From Acidobacteriota bacterium (lineage in GTDB: Bacteria > Acidobacteriota > Vicinamibacteria > Vicinamibacterales > JAKQTR01): a stretch of DNA of 64,000 bases. The DNA is taken from assembly GCA_037133015.1 (NCBI GenBank), contig JBAXOX010000001.1, positions 129,270 to 193,269 of the forward strand, in the 5' to 3' direction. Numbering within the stretch: position 1 is the first letter of the stretch; each line of letters starts with the position of its first letter. A program made the translations under genes and the position numbers. Under the pieces are notes generated by a model. That model ran no database searches, was not told the DNA's origin, and saw only the letters and a list, made by a program, of their open reading frames with translations. Shown here piece after piece: positions 9,120 to 19,072 of this stretch.

Positions 9120-10013
9120 ATGACACCCACATTGTCCGTCGTGATCGTCAACTACAACGCCGGAGCGTATCTGCAACGATGCCTCCAGTCGCTCGTCGCC
9201 CATCTCGGGTCGGTCGAGTGGGACGCGATCGTGCTCGACAACGGGTCGCGCGATGGCAGCGAGGCGGTGGCGGAGGCAATGGGGCCCCGGGTGCGGCTGG
9301 TGCGACACACCGAGAATCTTGGTTTTGGCCGGGCGGTCAATCAGGGCGTGTCTGCGACGTCGGGGCGCGTCGTGCTGCTGTTGAATCCCGACGGCTGTTT
9401 GCGGCCCGGCGCAGTCGAGCAGTTGTGCGAAGAGTTGGAGGCGCATCCCGATTGCGCCGTGGTCGGTCCGGCGGTGGTCGATGAGGACGGGGGGATTCAG
9501 GGCAGCGCCAGAGGTGACCCCGATATGCTGACGGGCTTTTTCGGCCGATCGACGTGGCTGACGCGACGGTTTCCCAATGCCGCGTGGGCCCGCAGAAACG
9601 TGATGACGACGCCAGCGCTGGCGATTGGCGAGTCGAGCGTCGACGTCGACTGGGTCAGCGGATCGTGCATGCTCGTGCGGCGCGATGCCTTCGTGCAGGC
9701 CGGGGGCTTCGACCAGCGCTACTTCATGTACTGGGAGGATGCGGACCTGTGTCGGCGGTTGCGTACCGCGGGATGGCGCATTCGCTATCGTCCCGATGCG
9801 CGCGTCGAGCACGCAGTGGGGCAGTCGAGTCGGCAGGCGAAGGCGCTGTCGATTCGGGCCTTTCATCGCAGCGCGTATCTCTACTACGCCACGCACGTTG
9901 CGCCGTCCCCGCTCAATCCCCGGCGGTGGTTGGCGTACGGCTTGTTGCGGGTGCGTTGCCTGTGGCGGCTGAGTCGCGGCCTCTCCCCCGCGGCCAAGCG
10001 GTCACGCGCGTGA
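9120..10013 (+). CDS. GT2 family glycosyltransferase (rhamnosyltransferase-like, 297 aa)
   Basis: Internal ATG of ORF 8661..10013. Motifs 'SVVIVNYNAGAYLQRCLQSL', 'VLDNGSRDGS', 'WVSGSCMLVRRDAF', 'FMYWEDADLCRRL'. Confidence 0.85.
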   Translation: MTPTLSVVIVNYNAGAYLQRCLQSLVAHLGSVEWDAIVLDNGSRDGSEAVAEAMGPRVRLVRHTENLGFGRAVNQGVSATSGRVVLLLNPDGCLRPGAVEQLCEELEAHPDCAVVGPAVVDEDGGIQGSARGDPDMLTGFFGRSTWLTRRFPNAAWARRNVMTTPALAIGESSVDVDWVSGSCMLVRRDAFVQAGGFDQRYFMYWEDADLCRRLRTAGWRIRYRPDARVEHAVGQSSRQAKALSIRAFHRSAYLYYATHVAPSPLNPRRWLAYGLLRVRCLWRLSRGLSPAAKRSRA

Positions 10014-10086
10014 ACCGAGACGAGGAGACTCGCGGCGATGCTGTGAGTCCCGACTCCACTCAACTCGTGGCGATCGTGGCGCTCGC

Positions 10087-11571
10087 GTGAAGATGAGCAA
10101 GAAATCGCTTTCGCCCGCCGGTTACGTCGTGATCGCCGCGATGGCCGCCGTCCTCTACGGCCCGGGGATCGCCGGGCCGTATTTCGCCGACGACTTTCAG
10201 TTGGTGTTCGAGCATCCGGCGGCGCAGGCCGCAGGCTGCCTGGCGCGCATCTATCTGCCCAATACGTTCTACCGGCCCATCCAGACGTGTTTTCTCCTGC
10301 ACGTGCAGTCGGCGGTCGGACTCGACACCCTTCCCATTCACGTCGTGCACATCCTGCTGCACGCACTGTGTTCGTGCTTGGTTGGCTGGGCGGTGCTCCG
10401 GTTGACGTCGAGACCGTGGTCCGCGCTGGTAGCAGGACTCGCCATGGCCGCAGGACAGGCCAACGTGCTGGCGGTCCAGAACAACGACACGCTGTCGCAA
10501 TTGGCGGGAACCGCATTCGGCGTGGCCGCGCTGGTCGCGATCGGCAGCCGCGACGTGGCCTCGATCGGATGGCGCTCGGCACGGAACTGGGGGCTGTCGC
10601 TTGCCGCCATCGTGCTGCTCGCGTTGAGCCTGCTGTCGAAAGAGAGCAGCATCTGCTTTCCCCTGATCGCCGTGGGCGTGGTGGCGCTGGACCCGGCGCG
10701 AGGGCTGCCGTGGTGGCGGCGGGCGATGCGCGTGGTCGCATTCGCCCTGCCCATCCTGCTGGTGACGCTTGGGTACCTGTCGGTTCGCGACCATCTGCAC
10801 GCGTGGCCCGCATCGTTTGGCGAGGGGATGTACAGCTTTCGGTTCGGCGGAAACCTGCCGCGCAATGTCGCGATCCTCTGGACCTCCGCGCTGCTCCCTG
10901 TTTCGAGCGTGGCGCTGTTCGACGCGTACTCGCTGCGCGAGTTCGGCCGCCTCGGCTGTTACGCGGCGGCTTCCGCTGTGTGGCTGGGGATGGTCGGGTG
11001 GGGCATCGTGCGCGGCCCGCATCGCCGGCTCGCGTTCTGGCTCGGTGCGGGTGCGACGATCGCCATGTTTCCCATGGCCGCAATGAACCACGTGAGTGAA
11101 CTTTATACATACAACGCCATGCCATTTGTCGCCGCGGTCCTGGGAATCGGGTTCGGTCCCTGGATGGACATCGGCAGGCTGCCGGGATCCCGTCGTCGAG
11201 TGGTCGTCGCGGTCGGAATGGCGATACTCCTGAGTCAGAGTTACGCAACCGTGACGAAAGTCAACATGATGAACGACAACGGCCGCCGCGCCTGGCAGTT
11301 GCTGCCGGCCATCGTCGATGTCGCGAAGACCGCGCCTTCCGGCGGCACGATCGCGCTGGTCAACCCTTCGGGAATCGGCCCGTCGTACTCGGCATTTCGG
11401 TTGTATGCGTTCGACGTGATATCGGATGCGGCCGGCTGGATTCGCGTAGCGGCTCGACGGCCCGATCTCGCGGTGACCGTGGTGGATTGGGAAAACTGTC
11501 CGCCGCCTGGCCCCGAGGTTCGGCGCCTCACGCTCTCGGGAGACCACGTCGTTGCGATGGCGGAGCGCTAG
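10087..11571 (+). CDS. GT-C-fold-like polytopic membrane glycosyltransferase (PMT_2/ArnT-like), 494 aa
   Basis: About 11 hydrophobic segments. Acidic first-loop motif 'YFADDFQLVF', as in lipid-P-sugar-dependent GT-C enzymes. Assigned by motif and topology only. Confidence 0.55.
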   Translation: MKMSKKSLSPAGYVVIAAMAAVLYGPGIAGPYFADDFQLVFEHPAAQAAGCLARIYLPNTFYRPIQTCFLLHVQSAVGLDTLPIHVVHILLHALCSCLVGWAVLRLTSRPWSALVAGLAMAAGQANVLAVQNNDTLSQLAGTAFGVAALVAIGSRDVASIGWRSARNWGLSLAAIVLLALSLLSKESSICFPLIAVGVVALDPARGLPWWRRAMRVVAFALPILLVTLGYLSVRDHLHAWPASFGEGMYSFRFGGNLPRNVAILWTSALLPVSSVALFDAYSLREFGRLGCYAAASAVWLGMVGWGIVRGPHRRLAFWLGAGATIAMFPMAAMNHVSELYTYNAMPFVAAVLGIGFGPWMDIGRLPGSRRRVVVAVGMAILLSQSYATVTKVNMMNDNGRRAWQLLPAIVDVAKTAPSGGTIALVNPSGIGPSYSAFRLYAFDVISDAAGWIRVAARRPDLAVTVVDWENCPPPGPEVRRLTLSGDHVVAMAER

Positions 11572-11862
11572 CCGATCGCGGTGCACGTCTGTCTGCCTTC
11601 GACCGGCGCGGCATTTCACTTCGCTGCGTTTCTCAACGCTCACATCTTCGAGAGATCATCGCGGACCGCGGACCGCAAAACGCGGATCGCGCCGTGCGAT
11701 CCGACGCATCGACGCTCTCGGTGCGACGACCGACTTCGACCGCGTGTTGCCGGGCGCGAGTTCCGGAAATCCGTCGCTTTTTCGTCCGAACCGCCAGAGC
11801 GTCGCGCCTCCACGCGCCCCAACACGACTCGTTCGGTCCTGGCTCGCAAACCCTCGAGTGTC

Positions 11863-11878
11863 TGGCACCGCAATTGCT
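11863..11878 (+). promoter_or_regulatory. sigma-54 (-24/-12) promoter, near-perfect consensus
   Basis: TGGCAC-CGCAA-TTGCTA against consensus TGGCAC-N5-TTGCW. It sits on the coding strand ~270 nt upstream of the ATG at 12146, in a 574-nt intergenic region. Confidence 0.6.
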
Positions 11879-12145
11879 AAACAAATAGCCGGAGTGGGTT
11901 CGCGGAAGGGAACCACCCCAATAACGTATCGAGTTCGCCAGAACTGTTGGCAGTCCCGCGCACGCGTTGGTGCGCAGGCATCCGGCGGCATCCGGCGTCG
12001 TGCTGTTTGTGTTCTGCCAGGCCCGTATGACGCAACGAGTGTCCTGGTGCCGAAGCCTTTCTTTTCTATGCGAGTTCCCGCGTTGGGCGTTTTTACTGAG
12101 AGCAGTCGTCGTCAGTCGATTGTCATCAGAGGGAAGCGACAGCTT

Positions 12146-15100
12146 ATGACCTACTACTCCACATCCTCGAATCGTCGCGTGCCGCACGCCATCATCGCGA
12201 TCCTGCTGCTGCTGGCATCGGTCAGCGGGGCAGGTGCGCAAACCGTCAACCAGAAAGACATTTTGTACATCCTGCCGTTCTCGGCTATCGGCGACGACAT
12301 CGCCGATCTGCGGACGCGGCTGGCGCCCAACGGCGAGGGCTCGTACGTGAGGGTGGGCTTTGCCCATTACGTCTTCCTCTCGATGGAAGACTGGACCGTC
12401 AATCCCACCGATACTGCGGCGGTGCGGGCGAAGATTGCCGGCAGCCTTGCCGACATCAACTCCATCGTGGCTGCCGCGCGTGCCGGCGGGTATCCGGTGT
12501 CGCTCGGGCTGCTCGACGCGGTCAAAGAAACCTACGACCCCGTCCAGACGGCCTCCGAGCAAGAGGACATTCGCAGCATGCAGTGGTACGCCGATAACAC
12601 GGTGGCACGCGGCTGGTGGTCCTATTCGCGCTACGCGCGGAAGAAGGCGGTGATCCAGCAGGCGTACATGAGGGAAGTTGCCAAGGAAGTGGCGAAGTTG
12701 ATGCGCGACTATCCCGACACCCTCGTTGCGGCTGCCGGAGACGGCGAAGTGGAATTGGCGCGGGCTCTCAAGAACCCGGCCAGCACAGAATCGTACGCGC
12801 AGATCTTTGCCGACTATTCGCCGTTTACGGTGGCCGAGTTCCGCGACTGGATTCGGCATGCGGGCGTTTATGCGACGGGCGCCGAACTGGCGGGGAAAGG
12901 GTACGCGCTCGGGGCGCGGTACGACGGCGACCTGACGCCCGCCGCCGACACCAACGGCGACGGCCACACATTCAATGGCGACTTCGGGACCAGCTTTACG
13001 ACGTGGAACTTGCTGCACTTCGATTGGAGCCTCACCGATCTGTTCCTGACGGCCGACCCGCGCGCCATCTCGCTGGCGACCTACTCGGCTGCCGGATTCA
13101 ATAAACTGCCGGCGGGCACTGCGGGCGGGTTCGATCCGCCCCGCACACCGAAGGTGATGGGCGCCAGCGCGTGGTGGGACTTGTGGGTCACCTTCAAACA
13201 GTCGATGGTGCAGCGCTACAACCTCGAGTTCGCCCGATGGATGACGACATCTCCGGCTCCTGACTCCGACGCGGCGGCCGACGGGTCGGCTGATCCGTCC
13301 GCCTCAGCCGACACCGGGTTCACCATTCCTGCCGAAAAATGGTACTCGTACCAAATTCCGGCAGACTACCTGTTCGGCGGATCGCCGACCAACCCGAACG
13401 ATCGCTGGTTCAGCTCGATGAGCCCGTGGTGGACTGCCGACATTTCGCCGTACGGGTCGGTGGGGATCACCGCGTTCAACGTCGATTGGATCAACGACTC
13501 GCCGTATTCTCGGACCATCGCCAGGACGATGGCCAATGTGGCGCCGAAGATCGCCGAACGCAATCTGCGATGGGGCGTCATCGAATGGCACCCGGGCGTC
13601 CTCAAGTTCGATTCCGGAGTCTCGAGCGATCTCGAACTCTTCCGTTCGGAAATGGCCGTGATTGAACGGTATCGACCGAACCTGCTCCAGCCGTTCATGT
13701 GGGGCAAGTCCGCCTCCGAAGTCAAAGGCAACGGTTTCGAGACCGCCCTTCGCGAGTTGATCGGACGCATCAAGGACGGTCGGACGCCGATCTTGAGCAT
13801 CGACTCACCCGCGGCCAGTGCGCGCCTCAGAGCGCCGCTCGCCATCACAGGCTGGGCGGCCGACTTCAACAAGAGCCCGGGCGGGGGCACGGGCATCGAT
13901 CAGGTTGACGTCTACGCGACGCCGTCCACCAGCGCGACGCCCGTGCTCCTGGGCACGGCGACCTACGGGGTCGCGAGTCCGAGCGTGGCGGCGAGCTACG
14001 GGGCTCAGTTTGCCAATGCGGGATTCTCGCTGACGGTCTCGACGCTGCCGGTCGGACGGTATTCGATCGAGGCGCGCGGCCACAGCACCGTGTCGCTGTC
14101 GTACAACGTGTCGGCCTCGAAGACCATCGATATCGTGTCGTTCATGGGGCCGTCGTCGGGCGGGCCGGCAATCGGCGCCGTGAACGGGGCGAACTACACC
14201 TACAACGGGGTGGACTATCCCATCACCGTCGGTCGGGTGTACTTCCCCGACTGCACCGACTACATGGTTGGGCCTGGCGGCATTTTGATGCTGCCCGCGA
14301 CCACGGCGAACTGCACCCCTGGCGGCAGCAGTTCCAGCAGTTCCAGCAGTTCGAGCAGCAGCGGCGGGAGCACGTCGAGTAGCGGAAGCAGCAGCGGCAG
14401 CTCCAGCAGTTCGAGCAGCGGCAGCAGTTCGGGTAGTTCAAGCAGCGGCAGCAGTTCGGGCAGTTCGAGCAGCGGAAGTACCTCCAGCAGCGGCACGTTC
14501 GCCGGTCCTGGCACCGGCGGCCCGGCCACCGGGTCGGTGAGCGGCGGCACGCTCACCTACAACGGCGCGACGTTTACCATTGTGAACGGGCGCGTCACAT
14601 TCCCGGACTGCACCTCGTACATCGCCCTCAGCATGGGCGTCCTGATTCCCGCGGGTCAGGCTCCAGGCTGCACGCCGGCTGGCAGCAGCAGTAGCGGCAG
14701 TTCCAGCGGCGGGAGCAGCAGTGGAAGCAGTTCGAGCGGCAGCAGTTCCAGCAGCGGGAGCAGCAGCGGCAGCTCCAGCTCGAGCAGTGGCAGCAGCAGC
14801 GGCGGCGGCGTCAGCTTCGCCGGCCCGGGTAACGGCGGCCCCGCAATGGGGTCGGTCAATGGCGGCACGCTCACCTACAACGGCGCGACGTATCCGATTG
14901 TCAACGGGCGCGTCACGTTCCCGGATTGCTCGTCGTACATCGCTCTCAGCATGGGCATCCTCATCCCCGCCGGCCAGGATGCGGCCTGCCTTGCGGGCGG
15001 GAGCAGCAGCGGAGGCAGCTCCAGCTCCGGCAGCGGCAGCTCGAGTTCCGGCAGCAGCAGTAGTTCTAGCAGCAGCGGCAGCAGTTCCAGCAGTTCCAGC

Positions 15101-16024
15101 GGCAGCAGCTCCAGCAGCTCCAGCAGCGGGAGCAGCAGCGGCAGCAGCAGTTCTGGCGGCCCGGTCAGCTTTACCGGACCCAACAACGGCGGCCCTGCGA
15201 TGGGAGCGGTCAGCGGCGGAACGCTCACCTACAACGGCGCGACCTATCCCATCGTGAATGGGAAGGTCACATTCCCGGACTGCTCGTCGTACATCGCCCT
15301 GAGCATGGGCATTCTGATCCCGGCCGGCCAGGACGGCGCGTGCATGGCTGGTGGTAGCAGCAGTTCGAGCGGGAGCAGCAGCGGCAGCTCCAGTTCCAGT
15401 TCCAGTGGGAGCAGCAGTGGCAGTTCGAGCAGCAGTTCGAGTGGCAGTTCGAGCGGCAGCAGCAGCGGGAGTTCCAGTGGGAGCTCCAGCGGCGTCAGCT
15501 TCGCGGGCCCCGGTAGCGGCGGACCGTCGTTCGGTGCGGTCAATGGCTCGACGCTCACCTACAACGGGTCCACGTATCAAATCGTGGACGGGAAGGTCAC
15601 GTTCCCCGACTGCTCATGGTTTATCGCGCTGGGCAACGGGATGCTGATTCCGGCCGGGCCCGCGCCTGGCTGCTCGACCGGTGGCGGCAGCAGCAGCGGG
15701 AGCAGTTCGAGTGGCAGCGGCAGTTCAAGCGGTGGCAGCAGCAGCGGCGGGAGCAGTAGCGGTAGCAGCAGTGGAAGCAGCAGTGGCAGCAGTAGCGGCG
15801 GCAGTAGCGGCGGCAGCTCGTTTGCCGGGCCCGGCACCGGTGGGCCGATGGCCGGCTCGGTGAACGGCACCACATTTACCTACAACGGCGCGGCGTACAC
15901 CATCAATGCGTTCGGGCGCGTCGTGTTCCCCGACTGCACAAGCTGGGTGGTCGGGCCGGGCGGTCTCTTGATTGGAGGCCAGACGATTTCGCCGTGCACG
16001 CCCAGCGATCGCCGCTGGCCCTGA
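12146..16024 (+). CDS. secreted giant protein: N-terminal TIM-barrel glycoside-hydrolase-like region, Ig-like domain, 6 C-terminal two-Cys modules (1292 aa)
   Basis: Internal ATG of ORF 11552..16024 gives signal peptide 'MTYYSTSSNRRVPHAIIAILLLLASVSGAGAQ'. The head has a GH42-like flavour ('ADYSPFTVAEFRDWIRH'), at low confidence. The C-terminal 630 aa are module and linker array. Confidence 0.8.
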   Translation: MTYYSTSSNRRVPHAIIAILLLLASVSGAGAQTVNQKDILYILPFSAIGDDIADLRTRLAPNGEGSYVRVGFAHYVFLSMEDWTVNPTDTAAVRAKIAGSLADINSIVAAARAGGYPVSLGLLDAVKETYDPVQTASEQEDIRSMQWYADNTVARGWWSYSRYARKKAVIQQAYMREVAKEVAKLMRDYPDTLVAAAGDGEVELARALKNPASTESYAQIFADYSPFTVAEFRDWIRHAGVYATGAELAGKGYALGARYDGDLTPAADTNGDGHTFNGDFGTSFTTWNLLHFDWSLTDLFLTADPRAISLATYSAAGFNKLPAGTAGGFDPPRTPKVMGASAWWDLWVTFKQSMVQRYNLEFARWMTTSPAPDSDAAADGSADPSASADTGFTIPAEKWYSYQIPADYLFGGSPTNPNDRWFSSMSPWWTADISPYGSVGITAFNVDWINDSPYSRTIARTMANVAPKIAERNLRWGVIEWHPGVLKFDSGVSSDLELFRSEMAVIERYRPNLLQPFMWGKSASEVKGNGFETALRELIGRIKDGRTPILSIDSPAASARLRAPLAITGWAADFNKSPGGGTGIDQVDVYATPSTSATPVLLGTATYGVASPSVAASYGAQFANAGFSLTVSTLPVGRYSIEARGHSTVSLSYNVSASKTIDIVSFMGPSSGGPAIGAVNGANYTYNGVDYPITVGRVYFPDCTDYMVGPGGILMLPATTANCTPGGSSSSSSSSSSSSGGSTSSSGSSSGSSSSSSSGSSSGSSSSGSSSGSSSSGSTSSSGTFAGPGTGGPATGSVSGGTLTYNGATFTIVNGRVTFPDCTSYIALSMGVLIPAGQAPGCTPAGSSSSGSSSGGSSSGSSSSGSSSSSGSSSGSSSSSSGSSSGGGVSFAGPGNGGPAMGSVNGGTLTYNGATYPIVNGRVTFPDCSSYIALSMGILIPAGQDAACLAGGSSSGGSSSSGSGSSSSGSSSSSSSSGSSSSSSSGSSSSSSSSGSSSGSSSSGGPVSFTGPNNGGPAMGAVSGGTLTYNGATYPIVNGKVTFPDCSSYIALSMGILIPAGQDGACMAGGSSSSSGSSSGSSSSSSSGSSSGSSSSSSSGSSSGSSSGSSSGSSSGVSFAGPGSGGPSFGAVNGSTLTYNGSTYQIVDGKVTFPDCSWFIALGNGMLIPAGPAPGCSTGGGSSSGSSSSGSGSSSGGSSSGGSSSGSSSGSSSGSSSGGSSGGSSFAGPGTGGPMAGSVNGTTFTYNGAAYTINAFGRVVFPDCTSWVVGPGGLLIGGQTISPCTPSDRRWP
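14141..16021 (+). repeat. coding tandem array: 6 copies of the two-Cys module plus poly-Ser/Gly linkers
   Basis: Copies start at 'FMGPSSGGPAIG', 'TFAGPGTGGPATG', 'VSFAGPGNGGPAMG', 'VSFTGPNNGGPAMG', 'VSFAGPGSGGPSFG' and 'SFAGPGTGGPMAG'. The first and last copies are the most divergent. Confidence 0.9.
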
Positions 16025-16092
16025 TCGGGCCCGACAGCCTCCGATAGCCGAGCTCGCGCGAGGCTGACGAGCGCCGGTCGGCTCACATGAAC

Positions 16093-16130
16093 AAGGCCCT
16101 GGTCGGAGCACGCGCTCCGGTCAGGGCCTT
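16093..16130. terminator. GC-rich hairpin between convergent genes (possible bidirectional terminator)
   Basis: AAGGCCCTG-gt-CGGAGC-acgc-GCTCCG-gt-CAGGGCCTT, followed by TCGTCT. The U-tract is weak. Confidence 0.45.
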
Positions 16131-16153
16131 TCGTCTGGCTCGACGCCAGCAGG

Positions 16154-17938
16154 CTACTCCGAGATCTCCAACCGGAATCGGCGAACGCGGATCTGGCGGC
16201 TCGCGCACGTCTCGCGCACCTGCGCTTCGCGGCCGGCGTCGATGGCCGCCGTGCTGAAGACGACCTCGCCGATCCGGTACCGTTCCAGCACCCACTCGAG
16301 CGTGTCGGCCCCGCCCCGCACGGGAACGCCCATCAGGCGCCGGCGAAGTTTCGCCTCGTCATCATCGAGAAACGCCACCGGCGTGAGGTTCCATTCCCGA
16401 TTAGCCCGCATCTCCCGCACCAGCAACTGGCCGGCCGACCCGGCCCCATAGATGAGCGCGCGGTTGGCCCGCGTGTTGCCCAGCGCCGCGGCTTCTCCCA
16501 TCACGCGAAACGACGCGCGCACACCGACGAGGGCCAGTGTCAGCAGCGCGGCGTCAATCAGAAACACGCCGCGCGAAAATCGTTCGAACCGGTAGAAGTA
16601 CGCCGCCGCGAAGATCGACGCCACCGATCCCAGCAGCACGCCTCGGACGATGGCGAACAGATCGTGGAGGCTGAACGACCACCACATCCGGTCGTACACG
16701 CCTGCCACGTGCAGCGCCAGCAGCTTGCAGCCCAGAATGACGGGCAGCGAAAGCGTGAACATGGGCAGGAAATTGTCGAGCGCCTCGCCCTCGAATCGGA
16801 GGCGGTACGAGCCGTAGAGCACCGTCGCGATCACCACCACGTCGAGCAGCATCTCGATGGCATGCCAGCGGAAGGTGATGTCTCGAAGAAACGGCGCGAA
16901 ACTCGCCTTCTGCAACGCCTGAAAGTCTTCTCCGTCGTACGCCGGCACCCGGGCCAGATACACGCCCCCCAGGACGATGGCCACCAGAAACAGCGCCGCG
17001 ACCGGCATGCGCGCCAGGCCATTGGCATGCATCAGCCAGGCCGTCGCGCTGCCTGCGACCGCCACGCCGTACAACGTCGCCACCGACGCGCGCTCGCTCA
17101 GCCCCAGCGATACCAGCCGGTGCGAGACGTGATCGGTGCCGCCGCGTGTCGCCGCCCGTCCCGCCAGCCGCCGCACCACCAGCACGAACGAGGTGTCCAG
17201 CAACGGCACCACCAGCACCAGCACCAGAATAAGGGCGTCGAACAACAGCGACCCGCCAGGGCGAACCAGCACGGCGAGCGACGTGCCCGCGACCACCGAT
17301 CCGAGAAACAGGCTTCCGCAGTCGCCCATGAACAGGCGCGCCGGCTTGACGTTCCAGACCAGAAAGCCCGCGATGGCCCCGGCCACAGCCATCAGCGCGA
17401 CGGCGAAATCCGGCCCGAGCACGCCGCCAAACAGGACCGACAGGCCCAGAACCGCCGCCAGCGCCACGCCTCCGGCCAACCCGTCCATGTTGTCGAGGAG
17501 ATTGAAGGCGTGGACCACGCCCGCATACCAGACCACCAGCACGATCGTCTGCCACCAGGGAACGATGGCGTGCGCCACCACGACGAGTCCAAACAGGACG
17601 AACGCGCCGACCACCAGCGTGGCCACCAGTTTGGTGAGCGGGGTGAGCCGCAGCCTGTCGTCGAAAAACCCGACGACGAAGAGGATGCCCGAGGCCGTCA
17701 GCACCATGCCCGCCTGGGGCCAGCCCCCGCTCGCGCCCCACACCGCCAGCGCGACCAGTGTCGCCGCGGTCGTGCTGACCGCCATAGCGACGCCGCCCAA
17801 CGTTGGCGTGGGCGCCTGGTGCCATCGATCGGGGCGAGGTGGGACGACAGCCCCGAGGCGGGTCGCCACGCGGCGAACCGCAAAAGAGAGGAGGACCGAC
17901 AGCGCGAAGCCGACGGCAAACACAACCGGGAGCGTCAT
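16154..17938 (-). CDS. WecA/MraY-family polyprenyl-phosphate HexNAc-1-P transferase fused to a C-terminal 4-TM + CoA_binding_3-like module (594 aa)
   Basis: ATG at 17938 (internal to ORF 16154..18112). PNPT motifs 'FNLLDNMDGLAGG' and 'FMGDCGSLFLGS'. The C-terminal half carries 'ALIYGAGSAGQLLVREM...VAFLDDDEAKL...GVPV', typical of the N-terminal part of WbaP- or PglF/CapD-type proteins, with no further catalytic domain. Confidence 0.8.
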   Translation of the reverse strand: MTLPVVFAVGFALSVLLSFAVRRVATRLGAVVPPRPDRWHQAPTPTLGGVAMAVSTTAATLVALAVWGASGGWPQAGMVLTASGILFVVGFFDDRLRLTPLTKLVATLVVGAFVLFGLVVVAHAIVPWWQTIVLVVWYAGVVHAFNLLDNMDGLAGGVALAAVLGLSVLFGGVLGPDFAVALMAVAGAIAGFLVWNVKPARLFMGDCGSLFLGSVVAGTSLAVLVRPGGSLLFDALILVLVLVVPLLDTSFVLVVRRLAGRAATRGGTDHVSHRLVSLGLSERASVATLYGVAVAGSATAWLMHANGLARMPVAALFLVAIVLGGVYLARVPAYDGEDFQALQKASFAPFLRDITFRWHAIEMLLDVVVIATVLYGSYRLRFEGEALDNFLPMFTLSLPVILGCKLLALHVAGVYDRMWWSFSLHDLFAIVRGVLLGSVASIFAAAYFYRFERFSRGVFLIDAALLTLALVGVRASFRVMGEAAALGNTRANRALIYGAGSAGQLLVREMRANREWNLTPVAFLDDDEAKLRRRLMGVPVRGGADTLEWVLERYRIGEVVFSTAAIDAGREAQVRETCASRQIRVRRFRLEISE

Positions 17939-18136
17939 GCGCGGTTCAGGGTACCACGTCCCGGAATCCCCGATGAACACTATCCATCGGGCCGACTTGA
18001 CGTGCAACCACCCACACGATCCATCGCGACGATCACCAGGGAGACATTGGCGCCGACGACCCGCCGCGCCTGGCGGACGCCGGATGCCCCCGGGCGCCGC
18101 CGGCCAGCGCACACACCTGGACGCCGCGCCGCGTGT

Positions 18137-19072
18137 CTACGCCAACGGACCCGTCACGCCGCGCAGGCCGTCCCACACGCCGCGCGCCATCATCCGGAGC
18201 CGGCGCAGTCGGTGCGGCGTAAAGATGGGATACACGATCGCCATGAACAGCAGGCGTTCCAGATCGTTGTAGACCCACCGCCATGTGGCATGCGGCATCC
18301 GGAACAGGACGAAACTGTTGCGAAACACGTAATAGTTGCGCTCCGGGCTGTGGATGGGCACGTGGCGCCAGCGTCCCAGCCAGAAGCGCAGCGTGCCGCC
18401 TCCCAGGCTGTGCTCCATCAGCGCGTTGCACACGCCGAACGATCGGTAGCCGCGAAACTTCGCTCTGAAGATCCACTCATCGTCGACGTGGTCGATAAAG
18501 AACGCTTCGTTCATGCCGCCGACCTCGGCCAGCACGTCCATCGGGATCAGAGCGCCCGATGTGATGAGCAGGTCGGTCTCCAGCGTATGATCCGGTTGCG
18601 CGGCATCGCAGAAGACCTGCTGGAGCTTGAGCCAGCCGAGTCTGACGAACCCCGACATCGACCCGCCGTAACTATCCACCCGGCGCGGCCCCACCGCAGA
18701 CACCTTGAGGTGGGCGGCCTGGAGGCGCGCAAGCGCAGTCGACAAGTGCCGCACCATGTCGGGCCGGGGAATGCTGTCGTGATCGAGCAGCAGCACGTGC
18801 GTAAAGCCGCGGTCGCGTGCCCACGCGATCCCGCGATTGTGTCCACCGCCGAGTCCGAGGTTCGACGCCAGCCGGAGACACGTAATTCTGGCGCGCTCGT
18901 CGTCGGAAAGGCTGGCCAGCAGGGCATCTGCCGACCAGCCGGATCCGTTGTCGATGATCAGGATGTGCTCGACCTGCTGGCACAGCGAGACGATCATCTT
19001 CCGGAGCGTTGCGTCGTCTGGCCCGAAGGCGAGCACCAGTGCCGCGATCCGGTCCGGCTCGGGCCGACTCAT
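18137..19072 (-). CDS. GT2 family glycosyltransferase (rhamnosyltransferase-like, 311 aa)
   Basis: ATG at 19072 overlaps the upstream stop (ATGA). Motifs 'ILIIDNGSG', 'LGLGGGHNRG', 'LLLDHDS', 'DDEWIFRAKFRGY'. Confidence 0.8.
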   Translation of the reverse strand: MSRPEPDRIAALVLAFGPDDATLRKMIVSLCQQVEHILIIDNGSGWSADALLASLSDDERARITCLRLASNLGLGGGHNRGIAWARDRGFTHVLLLDHDSIPRPDMVRHLSTALARLQAAHLKVSAVGPRRVDSYGGSMSGFVRLGWLKLQQVFCDAAQPDHTLETDLLITSGALIPMDVLAEVGGMNEAFFIDHVDDEWIFRAKFRGYRSFGVCNALMEHSLGGGTLRFWLGRWRHVPIHSPERNYYVFRNSFVLFRMPHATWRWVYNDLERLLFMAIVYPIFTPHRLRRLRMMARGVWDGLRGVTGPLA

